A stretch of 64,000 nt of DNA. Origin: a virus. Taxonomy: Duplodnaviria > Caudoviricetes. The position numbers and the translations under genes are program-made. Shown here one piece after another: positions 10,096-20,580 of the stretch. Each line of letters begins with the position of its first letter. Within the stretch, counting starts at the first letter, position 1. The stretch spans positions 5,463 through 69,462 of IMG/VR virus record IMGVR_UViG_3300046678_000400; one strand, 5' to 3'. The notes under the pieces were generated by a model. It had not been told where the DNA came from. It saw only the letters and a program-made list of their open reading frames with translations, and did not search any database.

Positions 10096-10359
10096 ATGAA
10101 AAATAATCACCTAAAAGTTGAAGCGTTCATAAAACAGGCGATCACTGCATGTAGTTATGATGCCGCACTTGTAGAAACTAGAAATTATTTGCAAAATGCT
10201 TTAATTTCATTATCTAAGACTGCCAACAAGAGAGCTAAGAATCAAAAAACTCAGAAAGCCAATGAAGAAGCAATTCAAGCTGCAAAAACTGCACAACAAC
10301 AATGGTGGGAAATGTTGATGAAAAATGCGGCTAAATTTAAGATTGACATTAAAGAGTAG
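10096..10359 (+). CDS. Hypothetical helical protein
   Basis: ORF 4 nt after TAAATA. Confidence 0.55.
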   Translation: MKNNHLKVEAFIKQAITACSYDAALVETRNYLQNALISLSKTANKRAKNQKTQKANEEAIQAAKTAQQQWWEMLMKNAAKFKIDIKE

Positions 10360-10370
10360 TACGCTATAAT
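10343..10370 (+). promoter_or_regulatory. Sigma70-type promoter
   Basis: TTGACA-16 nt-TATAAT, 6 nt before the ferritin ATG. Confidence 0.7.
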
Positions 10371-10376
10371 ATACAA

Positions 10377-10817
10377 ATGGAGAATAGTATGACATTAGAA
10401 AATATTATAGAATTAATGAATCAAGATTTAGCAAACGAATTGAAACACTTTAACTTTTACCTCAATGCTTATTTCAGCTTACGTGGCTTTGATAGGTTAC
10501 ATTTTGGCAGTTGGTTAGAGAAGCACGCCGATGAAGAATTAGCCCATGTTAAGATGTTTGCTAACAAAATTGTTGCTCTAGGTGGAATACCTGTTACAGA
10601 GTCAAATTCATACTCTATAGGTATTGAAAACTCAAAAGATATCTTGAAATTTGCCATTAGTATGGAAACAGAAGTTATACAAAACTATCACACTAGACTA
10701 AAAATAATGCAAGATTTTAATACCAAGACAGGCAAATATTATGATTTGGTCTTATTCTATGAAGAACAATTAGAAGATTCTCAAAATGATCTTGATGAAA
10801 TGAATAAAATGTTATAA
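10377..10817 (+). CDS. Ferritin-like protein (bacterioferritin/Dps-like four-helix bundle)
   Basis: DLANEL, ADEELAH, IVALGGIP, METEVIQNY, EEQLED ferroxidase-type residues. Confidence 0.85.
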   Translation: MENSMTLENIIELMNQDLANELKHFNFYLNAYFSLRGFDRLHFGSWLEKHADEELAHVKMFANKIVALGGIPVTESNSYSIGIENSKDILKFAISMETEVIQNYHTRLKIMQDFNTKTGKYYDLVLFYEEQLEDSQNDLDEMNKML

Positions 10818-11026
10818 ATATATTATGGTAACTAACATTGAACGCAGGAAGCCTTCGTCAATCATCTATAATAACAAACTTTTAGATAGACTAATAGAGC
10901 CATATGGTATTAATATGGCTGCTAAAGATAGTTTTGACGTAGAAACTGATGAATCATTTATTCCTAGATGGCAAGGAAATGCTAACGGTATAGCAAATGC
11001 AACTGCCGTGGGAACACATTTATAAT

Positions 11027-11061
11027 AAAAAAGACCACAAATTTGTGGTCTTTATTTTTTA
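11027..11061. terminator. Bidirectional intrinsic terminator
   Basis: AAAGACCACA / TGTGGTCTTT with A- and T-runs between convergent genes. Confidence 0.8.
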
Positions 11062-11064
11062 TCT

Positions 11065-11553
11065 TTATCTTATAAACAGTTGCCAAGAAATTACCGCTAC
11101 ACCGACTGCCAAAAGTGTAACTAAAATATATCCTACATAATCAACTGATGGCGTATCAGATGCCTTAAACCAACTGAAAAATGATGGCTTAGTTAAAGAA
11201 GGTACTTCTTGTGGAACTTCTTGTACATTCGAGTCATTAATAATCCTACGAATGATTCCTTCAATAGATTCCACATCTAAAGAGGTTAATGTTGATTTTG
11301 GTTGCGACGGAACTAATTGAGATTGATCTAGCATCTCTACCGTCTTTACTACTTGACCATCTACTATTTTTTCTACAACCCTTTGCGTGACCACAGGAAC
11401 AACATCTTCAACTACTCTCATTTTCTTTTCAAAAGGAATGATTTCTTCAAAGTGTTCAGTTATTCTCTGAGTTCCGTTATTAATGGGCTGCTCAAAGGAA
11501 TGTACTTCTGCTCTGCGCCCATCCACGGTTGTTTTGTTGATTTTTTTATCCAT
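11065..11553 (-). CDS. C-terminally anchored membrane protein
   Basis: GGAG RBS; C-terminal hydrophobic helix. Confidence 0.6.
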   Translation of the reverse strand: MDKKINKTTVDGRRAEVHSFEQPINNGTQRITEHFEEIIPFEKKMRVVEDVVPVVTQRVVEKIVDGQVVKTVEMLDQSQLVPSQPKSTLTSLDVESIEGIIRRIINDSNVQEVPQEVPSLTKPSFFSWFKASDTPSVDYVGYILVTLLAVGVAVISWQLFIR

Positions 11554-11644
11554 AAAAGCTCCCTGGTTGGTAAATGTCCTATATTATATAGTTTCCACCC
11601 CTTCAAATGTAGTGTATATTGTGGTAATTCTTTTAGCAAATTAA

Positions 11645-12658
11645 TTATGGAACTACAAGATCAGTGCTTGCTAGTGTGTAAGGCTCTTCTGTAATTGTAG
11701 TAGGATGCGTATTTCCACCTGTATAAGTATATTTAATTTTTCTTGCCAAATCTCCTGTAAGAGCTCCAGCAGGATATTCTATAATTTGGGTAATTCTATC
11801 CGATCCATCTACAGTTATTTTCTGGAAATTAAATATGCCAGAACGTCCACGTAGTAATTGATAGTCAGCATGAACCACAACAATGTCTGCTGTTCCTGTA
11901 GAGCCAACCCATGTATTTCCTAGGGTTAGAGATGTATTAGTAGTAACGGTACTGATGGTTGTTGATAGTGTTGTAGTTCCATTAAATACAACTACACTAT
12001 CTCCCACAACAAACCCAGCTGTATTTGGTAATGTTACTATTGCAGAAGTATTTGTGACTCCTACAACATGAGTGAAACCGGCATCTTTTACTATTACTTG
12101 ATCTCTAGTTGTTGTTAAGTCCATTTGCTGTAACATACCAACACTATCAGGATAAAGTGATTTGTTAGCTATTGTGTGTCTGGCAAAATAAGTTGGAAAC
12201 TCCGCAACACCCGCACGCTTATTGAATCTAAGTGCTATTTCTGCACTGGTATTTGAAACATATACCTTGAATTTTTCACGACTACGGGCTGACTTAATAG
12301 TAACATAACTTGTAGGCGAACCAGAGTAAGTCTGTACGCTAGCCGTAAACAGCGCTTGGAATGTAGAATTGGCGTTAAGAGCGCTAACAATTTCAGAAGC
12401 CAAAGCGGCGCTAGTAGATATAGCTGTAGTAGATACATCAATAGCTAAAGCTGTCCAGCTGTTTCCAGAATCAAAAGAATAATTTAATGTTAGTGTGTTA
12501 TTAGTGCTAACATCATATGGTTCTGGATTCCAACACATGAATAATTGTGATGAGTTTGGAGAATTGCCTTTTGCCTTAAAAGTCATATTAAACTGGCGAT
12601 CTGACAATAACAAACTACCTTGAAATTCAGCATCAAATACATTTTGAAAGAATGGCAT
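11645..12658 (-). CDS. Probable virion structural protein
   Basis: Thr/Ser/Gly-rich beta-strand composition typical of tail/head proteins. Confidence 0.5.
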   Translation of the reverse strand: MPFFQNVFDAEFQGSLLLSDRQFNMTFKAKGNSPNSSQLFMCWNPEPYDVSTNNTLTLNYSFDSGNSWTALAIDVSTTAISTSAALASEIVSALNANSTFQALFTASVQTYSGSPTSYVTIKSARSREKFKVYVSNTSAEIALRFNKRAGVAEFPTYFARHTIANKSLYPDSVGMLQQMDLTTTRDQVIVKDAGFTHVVGVTNTSAIVTLPNTAGFVVGDSVVVFNGTTTLSTTISTVTTNTSLTLGNTWVGSTGTADIVVVHADYQLLRGRSGIFNFQKITVDGSDRITQIIEYPAGALTGDLARKIKYTYTGGNTHPTTITEEPYTLASTDLVVP

Positions 12659-12660
12659 AA

Positions 12661-13185
12661 TTATTTTTTTCCTATATCAATTCCCCAGAGCGTCTTCAAA
12701 GTATCTAAAAGCGACATTACTTGCTTCTGGGTTTTTGCTTTTTGCTTAGCTTTTTCTTCTTTTGCTTTTTCCTCAGAAGTAGGCTTTGCGTAATTATATA
12801 GTCGCTCGACTGCATCTTCCCATGAATCAAATGGCACATAAGATTTCAATTCTCCATCACTTTCTAGAAAAACCTGATAACCATTATAAGTAACCCTTAT
12901 TTCTGATAAATGATTCTCATAAATGACTGTTTTAATACAGATATTTATTCCTCTACTTAATCCATCAAAGTAATAGCCACGCAAATAAACATTCTCGTCA
13001 GAAGTTTCCATAATTTCAGGTGCTTCTACTTCCCAAAAATCAGGTAAAGAGTTGTAAGGAATGGTTTGTTCTATGATTGGTCTTCCAAATGCTTTGACAA
13101 TTACTTGGAACTTTCTAGACAAATCTTTCTTAGCAGCCTTACTAATGCGACCATCAATTAATGATTGCAGTCTTTGATTTAGCAT
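12661..13185 (-). CDS. Hypothetical protein
   Basis: ORF 5 nt after TATATA. Confidence 0.55.
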   Translation of the reverse strand: MLNQRLQSLIDGRISKAAKKDLSRKFQVIVKAFGRPIIEQTIPYNSLPDFWEVEAPEIMETSDENVYLRGYYFDGLSRGINICIKTVIYENHLSEIRVTYNGYQVFLESDGELKSYVPFDSWEDAVERLYNYAKPTSEEKAKEEKAKQKAKTQKQVMSLLDTLKTLWGIDIGKK

Positions 13186-13248
13186 AATGATATATATGAG
13201 TAATTTTTATTTAACTTATCTATAAATAAGATATAACAAGGAGAAAAT

Positions 13249-14625
13249 ATGAGCCTATGGACTTGGTTAAAACATAAAATACATCCAACAGTAAAAGCCA
13301 TTACAAGTTTAGGTGGTTTAATAAACTATCAAGAAAACGACCCCAGTACACCGGAATTAGATATAGTTAAGAATATTCCTGCATTACCTAATCCATGTCC
13401 TCCATTTTCTGTCCTTAGCTTTACTGGTGGTGATGGAATAAAAGGAAGTGTTGAAAATCAAGCCGCAAACGTTTACTGCACAATAGCTTTTTCATTGGGA
13501 TACATCCAGACAAAAATAGAAAGTCCTATTATTAAATGGGCGGCTATGAATAAACTTATAGCAAATCCACGATCTGGTAAAATGTTTAATGCTTATTATG
13601 ACAGATATTACCTTAATTTTTTTTATGATAACGATCCAAAAACTAATCAAATAATTTATACTTGCGATTCCACAGATGTAGTGGCTCACGAACTAGGTCA
13701 TGCTATATTAGATTCCATACGTCCTGATTTGTGGTCCGTGCAATGTGTAGAAATACAAGCATTCCATGAAGCATTTGGTGATATTAATGCCATATTAACA
13801 GCATTAACATTTCCAGAAATGATTAATAAAGCCCTATCTGAAACCAACAATGATTTAAGCAAAGAAAATACAATATCTAAACTTGCAGAGCAGATGGGTG
13901 TTGCCATTGGTCACGCTATGGGTAATGAATCTAAATCACTTAGAAATGCAGTTAATAATTTGCAATACGCACCACCAGAGACACTACCACTCTTTGCTCC
14001 AAACGATGCTTTATCTGGTGAACCTCATAATTTTAGTAGAGTTTTTGTGGGAGCTTGGTATGATTCATTTGTTAATGTTTATAATTATGAAAAGACTAGA
14101 GTAAGTCCAGAAGATGCAGTAATAAATGCTCGTGACAAAATGGCTAAAATAACGTATAATGCTATAAGGTTTGCAAACAAAACAGCAAAATTCTTTAATG
14201 CAGTTTTAGAAGCCATGTTGGTATATGATACATCACGCAATTTAGGATGTAGTCAAGCAATTCGTGATGGTTTTGCAAAACACAATATGACTACGGCCAA
14301 AAAATTAAATGTGAATATGGTCGAACAGGATAATCAACCAATTCATGCTGAGCTAAATCTTGTTAATTTTGAAGGTTTTTCTATGATAGAAAACATTGAG
14401 CGGGTTGTAGTTGAATTAGCAAACCATCCAGCCGCAGAGTTCGTTAAAGGCAAAAATGAAATTGAAGACGCTCTACATGCTGCTCATCATTCTCTAAAAA
14501 TTTTACACTCACATGATAGAATTGGTCATGGTCCGTCTGTAGGCAAAATTCACGATAAAGAGTTTTCATTTATTGACGGAAAAGTGGTAAGAAATTTTTA
14601 TTGTTGCCATTTTCACAAAAAATGA
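13249..14625 (+). CDS. Thermolysin/fungalysin-like zinc metallopeptidase (M4/M36-like)
   Basis: FNAYYD, VVAHELGHAILD (HExxH), AFHEAFGD (third ligand E), EPHNFSRVF. Confidence 0.85.
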   Translation: MSLWTWLKHKIHPTVKAITSLGGLINYQENDPSTPELDIVKNIPALPNPCPPFSVLSFTGGDGIKGSVENQAANVYCTIAFSLGYIQTKIESPIIKWAAMNKLIANPRSGKMFNAYYDRYYLNFFYDNDPKTNQIIYTCDSTDVVAHELGHAILDSIRPDLWSVQCVEIQAFHEAFGDINAILTALTFPEMINKALSETNNDLSKENTISKLAEQMGVAIGHAMGNESKSLRNAVNNLQYAPPETLPLFAPNDALSGEPHNFSRVFVGAWYDSFVNVYNYEKTRVSPEDAVINARDKMAKITYNAIRFANKTAKFFNAVLEAMLVYDTSRNLGCSQAIRDGFAKHNMTTAKKLNVNMVEQDNQPIHAELNLVNFEGFSMIENIERVVVELANHPAAEFVKGKNEIEDALHAAHHSLKILHSHDRIGHGPSVGKIHDKEFSFIDGKVVRNFYCCHFHKK

Positions 14626-14638
14626 TATAATTCATTTT

Positions 14639-15370
14639 ATGAATATCGCTATCGAATATCTGTTGCGGCAAGACAGAGCGGAAAAGATGCTAACTCTTCC
14701 AGCGTCTTTGTTGTTAAACAGCATTAACGATGAACACAAGTTGGTTGTTGTATTAAGACAATCGCCGGAAGGTATTCATGTCCTTCATTTTAGGCCAAAC
14801 CAAAAGGTACTTGCCCCGGAGAAAGATTTTTTAGTTTCTCAAAAAGAAATCTTTGATTCTCCGCACGTTATTGTTCAGGGATATAAACTTTTGGAATTTA
14901 ATGAAGCTACTTTCGATCACGAAACGAAACAAGTCGCAGAACTCCCGCTTGCTGCAATACAAGAAAAACAATATACCGATTTTATTGAGCGATTTTTTAC
15001 TCCAAAAACTATTCAAAAAAGTCGTGAAAACTGGCTTTGGGTTGCCTTTGAAGAACAATTCATCCCGAAGGCTTTACTCAATAAGTTATATTACGAAAAA
15101 TTAGATACCCGTCGAAGTTTCCTGTTGTCAGAGCATAAGGATGTTAAAAAAATATGGGATTATTGGAAAAGTCAGCTACTCCCAGTTTCCAACCCGTCCG
15201 CTGAGTTGGTCTTCAAAAATAAATACGACAAACTACCAAAGGGCAAGAGTGAAGAAGACAAGCTTAATGAATACAAGGCTCTTTTTGATAAATTTGGCAA
15301 TTTAGGATATATTTCTCATCCTATTTTTCCTCCTAAGAAAACTAGGAAGAAAAAGAAGAAAGCCGGATGA
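14639..15370 (+). CDS. Hypothetical protein
   Basis: 243-aa ORF after TGATATAAT. Confidence 0.55.
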   Translation: MNIAIEYLLRQDRAEKMLTLPASLLLNSINDEHKLVVVLRQSPEGIHVLHFRPNQKVLAPEKDFLVSQKEIFDSPHVIVQGYKLLEFNEATFDHETKQVAELPLAAIQEKQYTDFIERFFTPKTIQKSRENWLWVAFEEQFIPKALLNKLYYEKLDTRRSFLLSEHKDVKKIWDYWKSQLLPVSNPSAELVFKNKYDKLPKGKSEEDKLNEYKALFDKFGNLGYISHPIFPPKKTRKKKKKAG

Positions 15371-15381
15371 TATATAATTGA

Positions 15382-16200
15382 ATGGAAGTCTGTAATTTTA
15401 ATCACTGGTTAAACAATAGAGAGAATAAAGTCAATGAAGGTTTAGGAGACTGGATTAGCTCTTGGTGGAACGGTAAACCATCTCAATCTAGTAAAATACC
15501 TACACCTAGCGATATTGATAGTGAGCTTTACAGCAATGATGTAAAGCAATATGCAGATAAAATTATTGATGATCTGGGTATATCTTCTGGCACTAAACTA
15601 GTCCAGATAGATTCTCACAACGTACCAGTAAAAGGCTCTGCTTTTGTAGTTGGCGATTGGTCAACACAAAACCCAAATTTCTACAAGGCTTTACAGAGAT
15701 TTGTTGCTGCTCATGTTCTAGGAAAAGGTCAAGAAAAAGCATATCTTAGAGTTAGTCAACATGATGCTGGCATTATTATAAATACACTAGATCAATACGC
15801 AATCTACAACAAAAATATACGTGGGTCTATCGTTGATGAGTTTCAAATCAACACTCCAGTAGCACTTTCTCATTTCATTCAAGCAAAACTGCCGATTGCT
15901 AAAGATGCTGTCGTTAGCCCAGGTTTTGATAAGGCCAGTGATGAATTTGCTGGTCATCGTGCGGTTAGAACTGGTAAGGGGAATCCACTAACTATTCCAA
16001 GCGTTAAGAAACTTGCAGATATTGGAGCAGCAGTCATACAAAGTGCCAATAGCAAAAGTCCGACTAGTCGTGTAGGTAATCCTTTAAGAAATGCAATAAA
16101 TCAACTTGATGCAACATTGAAGTCTATGGGCGTAAAAACATCAGTAATACCAAATATAACTGGTAGAAGACGCACTGGTAAAACCGGCAAAACTCCATAA
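15382..16200 (+). CDS. Probable virion internal protein
   Basis: N-terminus FNHWLNNRE; ATG 5 nt after TATATA. Confidence 0.5.
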   Translation: MEVCNFNHWLNNRENKVNEGLGDWISSWWNGKPSQSSKIPTPSDIDSELYSNDVKQYADKIIDDLGISSGTKLVQIDSHNVPVKGSAFVVGDWSTQNPNFYKALQRFVAAHVLGKGQEKAYLRVSQHDAGIIINTLDQYAIYNKNIRGSIVDEFQINTPVALSHFIQAKLPIAKDAVVSPGFDKASDEFAGHRAVRTGKGNPLTIPSVKKLADIGAAVIQSANSKSPTSRVGNPLRNAINQLDATLKSMGVKTSVIPNITGRRRTGKTGKTP

Positions 16201-16437
16201 TTATTTTTTCATAGTCTTCTTATTGCCTGGAAGTGGATCGCCGCCATAAGTTGGAAAGGCGGATGTTGGATTGTCTACACGTTTCATTGGATTATTCATA
16301 TCTCTTTTTCTTTTAATACTACCATCCCCCAATCCTGCGTTTACAAGATGCGGCTGTCTAGCTTGATCTACTGTGCCCGGAATTGGCATTATTTCTGCTT
16401 CTTGTATTTTCATCCATTTTGAAAAATTGTCAATCAT
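16201..16437 (-). CDS. Small probable virion internal protein
   Basis: N-terminus FSKWMKIQEA; ATG 4 nt after TATATA. Confidence 0.5.
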   Translation of the reverse strand: MIDNFSKWMKIQEAEIMPIPGTVDQARQPHLVNAGLGDGSIKRKRDMNNPMKRVDNPTSAFPTYGGDPLPGNKKTMKK

Positions 16438-16470
16438 GTTTTATATATTGTTTTCGCTGATATATATTGT

Positions 16471-16944
16471 ATGAACCTGATGACGATAGATGAAGTTAAA
16501 TATTGTGATTTTAATAATGAAACTATATGGATAGCCACAAATCTAAAAAATACACTGCACTTAGAGGGCCAAGAGTTTATCAATCAAGTATTGTTTAATG
16601 GACTTGCTGTACCTTCTAATTATTACGTTGGTTTAGATAATAGGACCACTGTTAATGTTGGTGATGTGCTAGCAAGTATAGTAAGTGAACCTTCTACAAA
16701 TGGCTATTCTAGAAAGGCATTAAATGCTCAGTCAGGCTTTACGGTATCTTATTCTACTGGTCATTGGAGAGCACTATCAATTAATATAGTGTTTAATGCT
16801 ACTGGTGGAAGTTGGGGTCCAGTAAAGAATGCCTTTTTAACTGGTGGTGGATTTTTAATTTCTACTGTAGTTTTACCTACTGAAACAACATTAACAAATG
16901 GACAATATTTTTCATTCAGAATGCGATTTTCTCTAGGAGATTGA
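16471..16944 (+). CDS. Probable tail/baseplate protein
   Basis: EPSTNGYSR...VFNATGGSWGPV..AFL pattern of phage minor tail proteins. Confidence 0.6.
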   Translation: MNLMTIDEVKYCDFNNETIWIATNLKNTLHLEGQEFINQVLFNGLAVPSNYYVGLDNRTTVNVGDVLASIVSEPSTNGYSRKALNAQSGFTVSYSTGHWRALSINIVFNATGGSWGPVKNAFLTGGGFLISTVVLPTETTLTNGQYFSFRMRFSLGD

Positions 16945-16945
16945 G

Positions 16946-17296
16946 ATGGAAATATGGATAGAATATTTTAAGAGACACGGATTTCCAATAGTAAGACCCT
17001 TTGAACCATTTAATAACAATTTGGAAACGCCACATATTTTTATTAGAGAAACACCACCAATAGAACATACTTTATGGTCACAATTTGTGGTTTCTAATAG
17101 ACAACTCATTACAACTTATAATCCAAATATAGAGTCTTTAATTAGGACATGGTACAATGGAAATTTAATTCCACACAATACCCCAACTATGAGAGAACAA
17201 ATATCTTTATTATTCACTAATGTTCCCGGTTTAGAAAGAATGTGGAATAATTACACAAATACAAATAGAGTTCCAGTTGTTCGTAGGAGAAACTAA
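16946..17296 (+). CDS. Hypothetical protein
   Basis: ORF co-oriented with the tail gene. Confidence 0.5.
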   Translation: MEIWIEYFKRHGFPIVRPFEPFNNNLETPHIFIRETPPIEHTLWSQFVVSNRQLITTYNPNIESLIRTWYNGNLIPHNTPTMREQISLLFTNVPGLERMWNNYTNTNRVPVVRRRN

Positions 17297-17331
17297 GTCA
17301 CGTCCATAAATATATAAAGCCCGGAGGTATT

Positions 17332-18192
17332 ATGCTTAACAAATTATTGGGAATTATAGGAATATTTTTAATTGCTATTGCTGGATTTGCGATAACACCG
17401 CAAGAGAAGATGATCCCAGTGATGCCAACTCATAAAACATCTATGGTTGTTGATGGGGCTGCACCACAAGAACTTAGGGATGAAAGCGTGCATCGTTGGC
17501 TTAGTGGGTCTTTTCGCATTGAAAACAAAGTTGGCAGAGGATCAATATTCGGTTCTGGTACAATGTGTTATTATGATCGTCAAACAAACACAGCCTACAT
17601 AATTTCTTGTGGTCACTTGTTTAATGGTGGCGAAAAGACCATGTTTATAGACACATGGTATAAGAATGGTGTTAAACTATCAACACCAGCAAGATATACA
17701 GCAGATGTTATAGGCTATGATGCTATAGAAGATATAGCATTCTTTAAATTTACTCCCGACTGGATTCCTAATGAATATTTCCCAATAGCTCCATTGAATT
17801 TAAAAGTAGATGGTTATTTGTGGTCTGCTGGATGTGATGGAGGAAGGGAAGTTGCTGCCTATAAAGTTAAAGTTAGTGGAATAGAAGGTAAAGGTTCTGA
17901 CAGTTTTCTAATAACCCGTGAGAACAGTCCAAGACATGGCAGATCAGGTGGCGGACTAATGACATCAGAGGGTTGGTATGTCGGAATATGTGTTCGCTCT
18001 TCCGATCCATTTAACGGTACAGGTATTGGATTATTTGTTCCTTTAAATAGAATACACGCTTATTGCAACAGTCATAATTTAGGTTTTCTTCTAGGAAGAC
18101 AACCAGGAAATAATCGCTTGTTAGAACTCCCGATTATAGATCGTCAAGGACAGCAGGGAAATTATCCAAGAGACTATATTCCTCTTCCATAA
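17332..18192 (+). CDS. Exported trypsin-like serine protease
   Basis: Signal peptide; SCGHLF (His), EDIAF (Asp), GRSGGGL (Ser) triad order; GGAGG RBS. Confidence 0.85.
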   Translation: MLNKLLGIIGIFLIAIAGFAITPQEKMIPVMPTHKTSMVVDGAAPQELRDESVHRWLSGSFRIENKVGRGSIFGSGTMCYYDRQTNTAYIISCGHLFNGGEKTMFIDTWYKNGVKLSTPARYTADVIGYDAIEDIAFFKFTPDWIPNEYFPIAPLNLKVDGYLWSAGCDGGREVAAYKVKVSGIEGKGSDSFLITRENSPRHGRSGGGLMTSEGWYVGICVRSSDPFNGTGIGLFVPLNRIHAYCNSHNLGFLLGRQPGNNRLLELPIIDRQGQQGNYPRDYIPLP

Positions 18193-18234
18193 AAATAAAC
18201 ACAGACAATATATAAAGAACTAGGAGATTACACA

Positions 18235-18870
18235 ATGTATGAATTTGATAAGTTTGTTGAAACCAGAGATTATATCAAGTCCTTTCGTAAAGACGCAATA
18301 ACCTTTTTGTCTGAACAAGAATCAGCTTTTCTTAATACTCTAAGCGATGAAGAAGTTAGAGAACTAGTTGAGGCATGGTACAATCCAGCAGATTGGGCTA
18401 GAGCAGGATTAAGAGGTGTAGGTCAACTTGGCCGTGGTATTTCTAACATTCCTAGTCACATTCGAGCCGGTTATCATGGTATTGATACTACTGCCACTGG
18501 CGGCGTAAATACTCAAGATTTTAAAAACCAACTAGCAGCAAAACAATATGGTGTTGATCCTACTCAATACAATGGTAAAAAAGGATTTGACCAAGCCGCA
18601 TTTGATAAAGCTGTTCAGGATAAGCAAGTTTCGCAAATGGACCCTGCTCAACAAAGACAATATTATCAAACACAAACAGCCGGTGTTCAAGATCAAATAG
18701 GTGTACAAAAGGCTAAAAATGACTTGCAAGCTGCTCAACAAGGCGCACAACCAAAAGCTCCACAAGCTAATGTTAAAACAATTATGGCAGGATTGAGCAA
18801 GATAAAAGGAATGACCCCACAAATGGCAAAGTCTATTGCAGCAGCGCTAAACGGAATGGGTATTAAATAA
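18235..18870 (+). CDS. Gln/Ala/Gly-rich probable virion internal protein
   Basis: N-terminus FDKFVE; AGGAG RBS; ATATATAAAG upstream. Confidence 0.5.
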   Translation: MYEFDKFVETRDYIKSFRKDAITFLSEQESAFLNTLSDEEVRELVEAWYNPADWARAGLRGVGQLGRGISNIPSHIRAGYHGIDTTATGGVNTQDFKNQLAAKQYGVDPTQYNGKKGFDQAAFDKAVQDKQVSQMDPAQQRQYYQTQTAGVQDQIGVQKAKNDLQAAQQGAQPKAPQANVKTIMAGLSKIKGMTPQMAKSIAAALNGMGIK

Positions 18871-19456
18871 TAGAACTGTTCCATATTTCAAGATCATAAG
18901 TGGCTGGGTCTTTACCAGCTTCATCACATAATCTCAAAAATTCTTTCTCTAGAATTTTATACCTTTTACCAGTAGGTGTTGCCTCTGGTGCGTCTATACC
19001 TTTTTCTCTAAGAAATCTAAGTACGTGGCGATCTAAACCAGCAACACGAGCGCCTTTTCTACTATGCATTAAAAAACATCTAGCTGTTTTAGGACCAATA
19101 CCGTGAATTGCTTCAAGATCATCTATAGAGCAAGTATGAAGGTCTATATTTGAATAAACTAAAGCCTGAAATGTTTTAGCCTTATTATTATAACAACCAA
19201 TGCCATGCTTTCTAAGTTGTTCTGGTAGACCAGAAACAAGTTCATCCAGTGAAATATCAATATCTCTGATTATTCTAAAAGGCGATGGGTTTGGTTCATA
19301 TAATGACGAAAATGGTCGCCAAGCACTTAGTAGATTATCTAAGCACCTTGCGGCAGTCTTTCCATTCTTACCAGCAGCACAAACCCAAAAAAGAATATGT
19401 TCTTCAAGTCCGCTATATGAAAGATTATAATTAGTAATATTGGTAGGATCAATCAT
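18863..19456 (-). CDS. HhH-GPD DNA glycosylase/lyase (8-oxoG glycosylase-like)
   Basis: LEAIHGIGPKTARCFL helix-hairpin-helix with catalytic K; LDRHVLR catalytic D. Confidence 0.8.
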   Translation of the reverse strand: MIDPTNITNYNLSYSGLEEHILFWVCAAGKNGKTAARCLDNLLSAWRPFSSLYEPNPSPFRIIRDIDISLDELVSGLPEQLRKHGIGCYNNKAKTFQALVYSNIDLHTCSIDDLEAIHGIGPKTARCFLMHSRKGARVAGLDRHVLRFLREKGIDAPEATPTGKRYKILEKEFLRLCDEAGKDPATYDLEIWNSSII

Positions 19457-20562
19457 AGGTAAAACTCTTTTGTTTCATTAACCAAATCTGATAACCACTT
19501 AATATATGGAGTACCACCAGTACCCTTCGGATCGGCGACTTTCTTTTGGATGTAATTAACGGCATATTCTAAATGTTTGTTTCGGAAATCAAATAATCTA
19601 CTTACGCATTGGTTGTATATCTCTGTCAATTCTAACTTTATGGCATAATCTCTAAAGTTCTTTCCTTCGGCTATAGTATCAAGCCAATTACGATGTGTAA
19701 CTGGCATATAGTTTCTCATATCTTTGAGATGATGAGTTAACATGCTATCTTTATGCTTAATGCCTAGTGCTGTTTGAATTGCAGGAATACAGGAACTTTG
19801 CGCACCTGTTTCCCCCCTATAGGTGAATGGCTCTGTACTAACGCCTTCAAAAATAATATTTTCATAGCTGAAAATATATGGACGAACTTTGCTGTAATAT
19901 ACGTCTGTACTGCACTCTTCTTCCATTCGGCAGAGAGTTTTATACATGCCAGTAATGCCATCATATAAATCTTGCAATAATCCACGAATAGATTCTTCTG
20001 TTGGTTCATTTATCATTTTCTGAATGGCGTCTACTGCTAATGCTGCTTTTGATTCGATATCAACATGCACCAAAATGAACCAATTTTCATCCCGTCTTCC
20101 ATCTGATAATGTGAAGTTCTGTAATAATTTAATATTCCCCAATTCAATCGGTTTTAATACGTCAATCCTTTCCCAGTTATACAGGCAGTAAGAAGCGTAA
20201 GATAGAATTGGTGGACGTGATACCATGTTTCCTAATTTTGTTAATGGTATAGCAATTTCCTTCGGCAAAATATAAACTTTTTGTTCTCCTGGAGCATGAA
20301 TAAAAGAACTTGCAAAATAAGAAAACAGCATCATTGCTCTTTCGGCCTGTTCTGGTCTTGAAATGGCATCCAAAAAATTATCAATGCTTTTTATTTGGCT
20401 CAAGCCACCCGTTAATTCCTGCCTGATGGTATGGTCAGATACATACTTTGGTAAATTAAATGCTAAGTTTTCTATCAAAGAAGATTCTGGTAAGTCAAGT
20501 TTCTTGATAGGGTCAGCGCCCGGAAGAAAGCCATTATCTTTTATTTTCCAAAGAGTTGACAT
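19453..20562 (-). CDS. Indoleamine 2,3-dioxygenase family heme protein
   Basis: GFLP..DP, YRGETGAQSS, MRNYMP..HR, FR.KHL (proximal His), KGTGGTPYIKWL. Confidence 0.9.
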   Translation of the reverse strand: MSTLWKIKDNGFLPGADPIKKLDLPESSLIENLAFNLPKYVSDHTIRQELTGGLSQIKSIDNFLDAISRPEQAERAMMLFSYFASSFIHAPGEQKVYILPKEIAIPLTKLGNMVSRPPILSYASYCLYNWERIDVLKPIELGNIKLLQNFTLSDGRRDENWFILVHVDIESKAALAVDAIQKMINEPTEESIRGLLQDLYDGITGMYKTLCRMEEECSTDVYYSKVRPYIFSYENIIFEGVSTEPFTYRGETGAQSSCIPAIQTALGIKHKDSMLTHHLKDMRNYMPVTHRNWLDTIAEGKNFRDYAIKLELTEIYNQCVSRLFDFRNKHLEYAVNYIQKKVADPKGTGGTPYIKWLSDLVNETKEFYL

Positions 20563-20580
20563 TGTTTTGTTCCTAAATGG

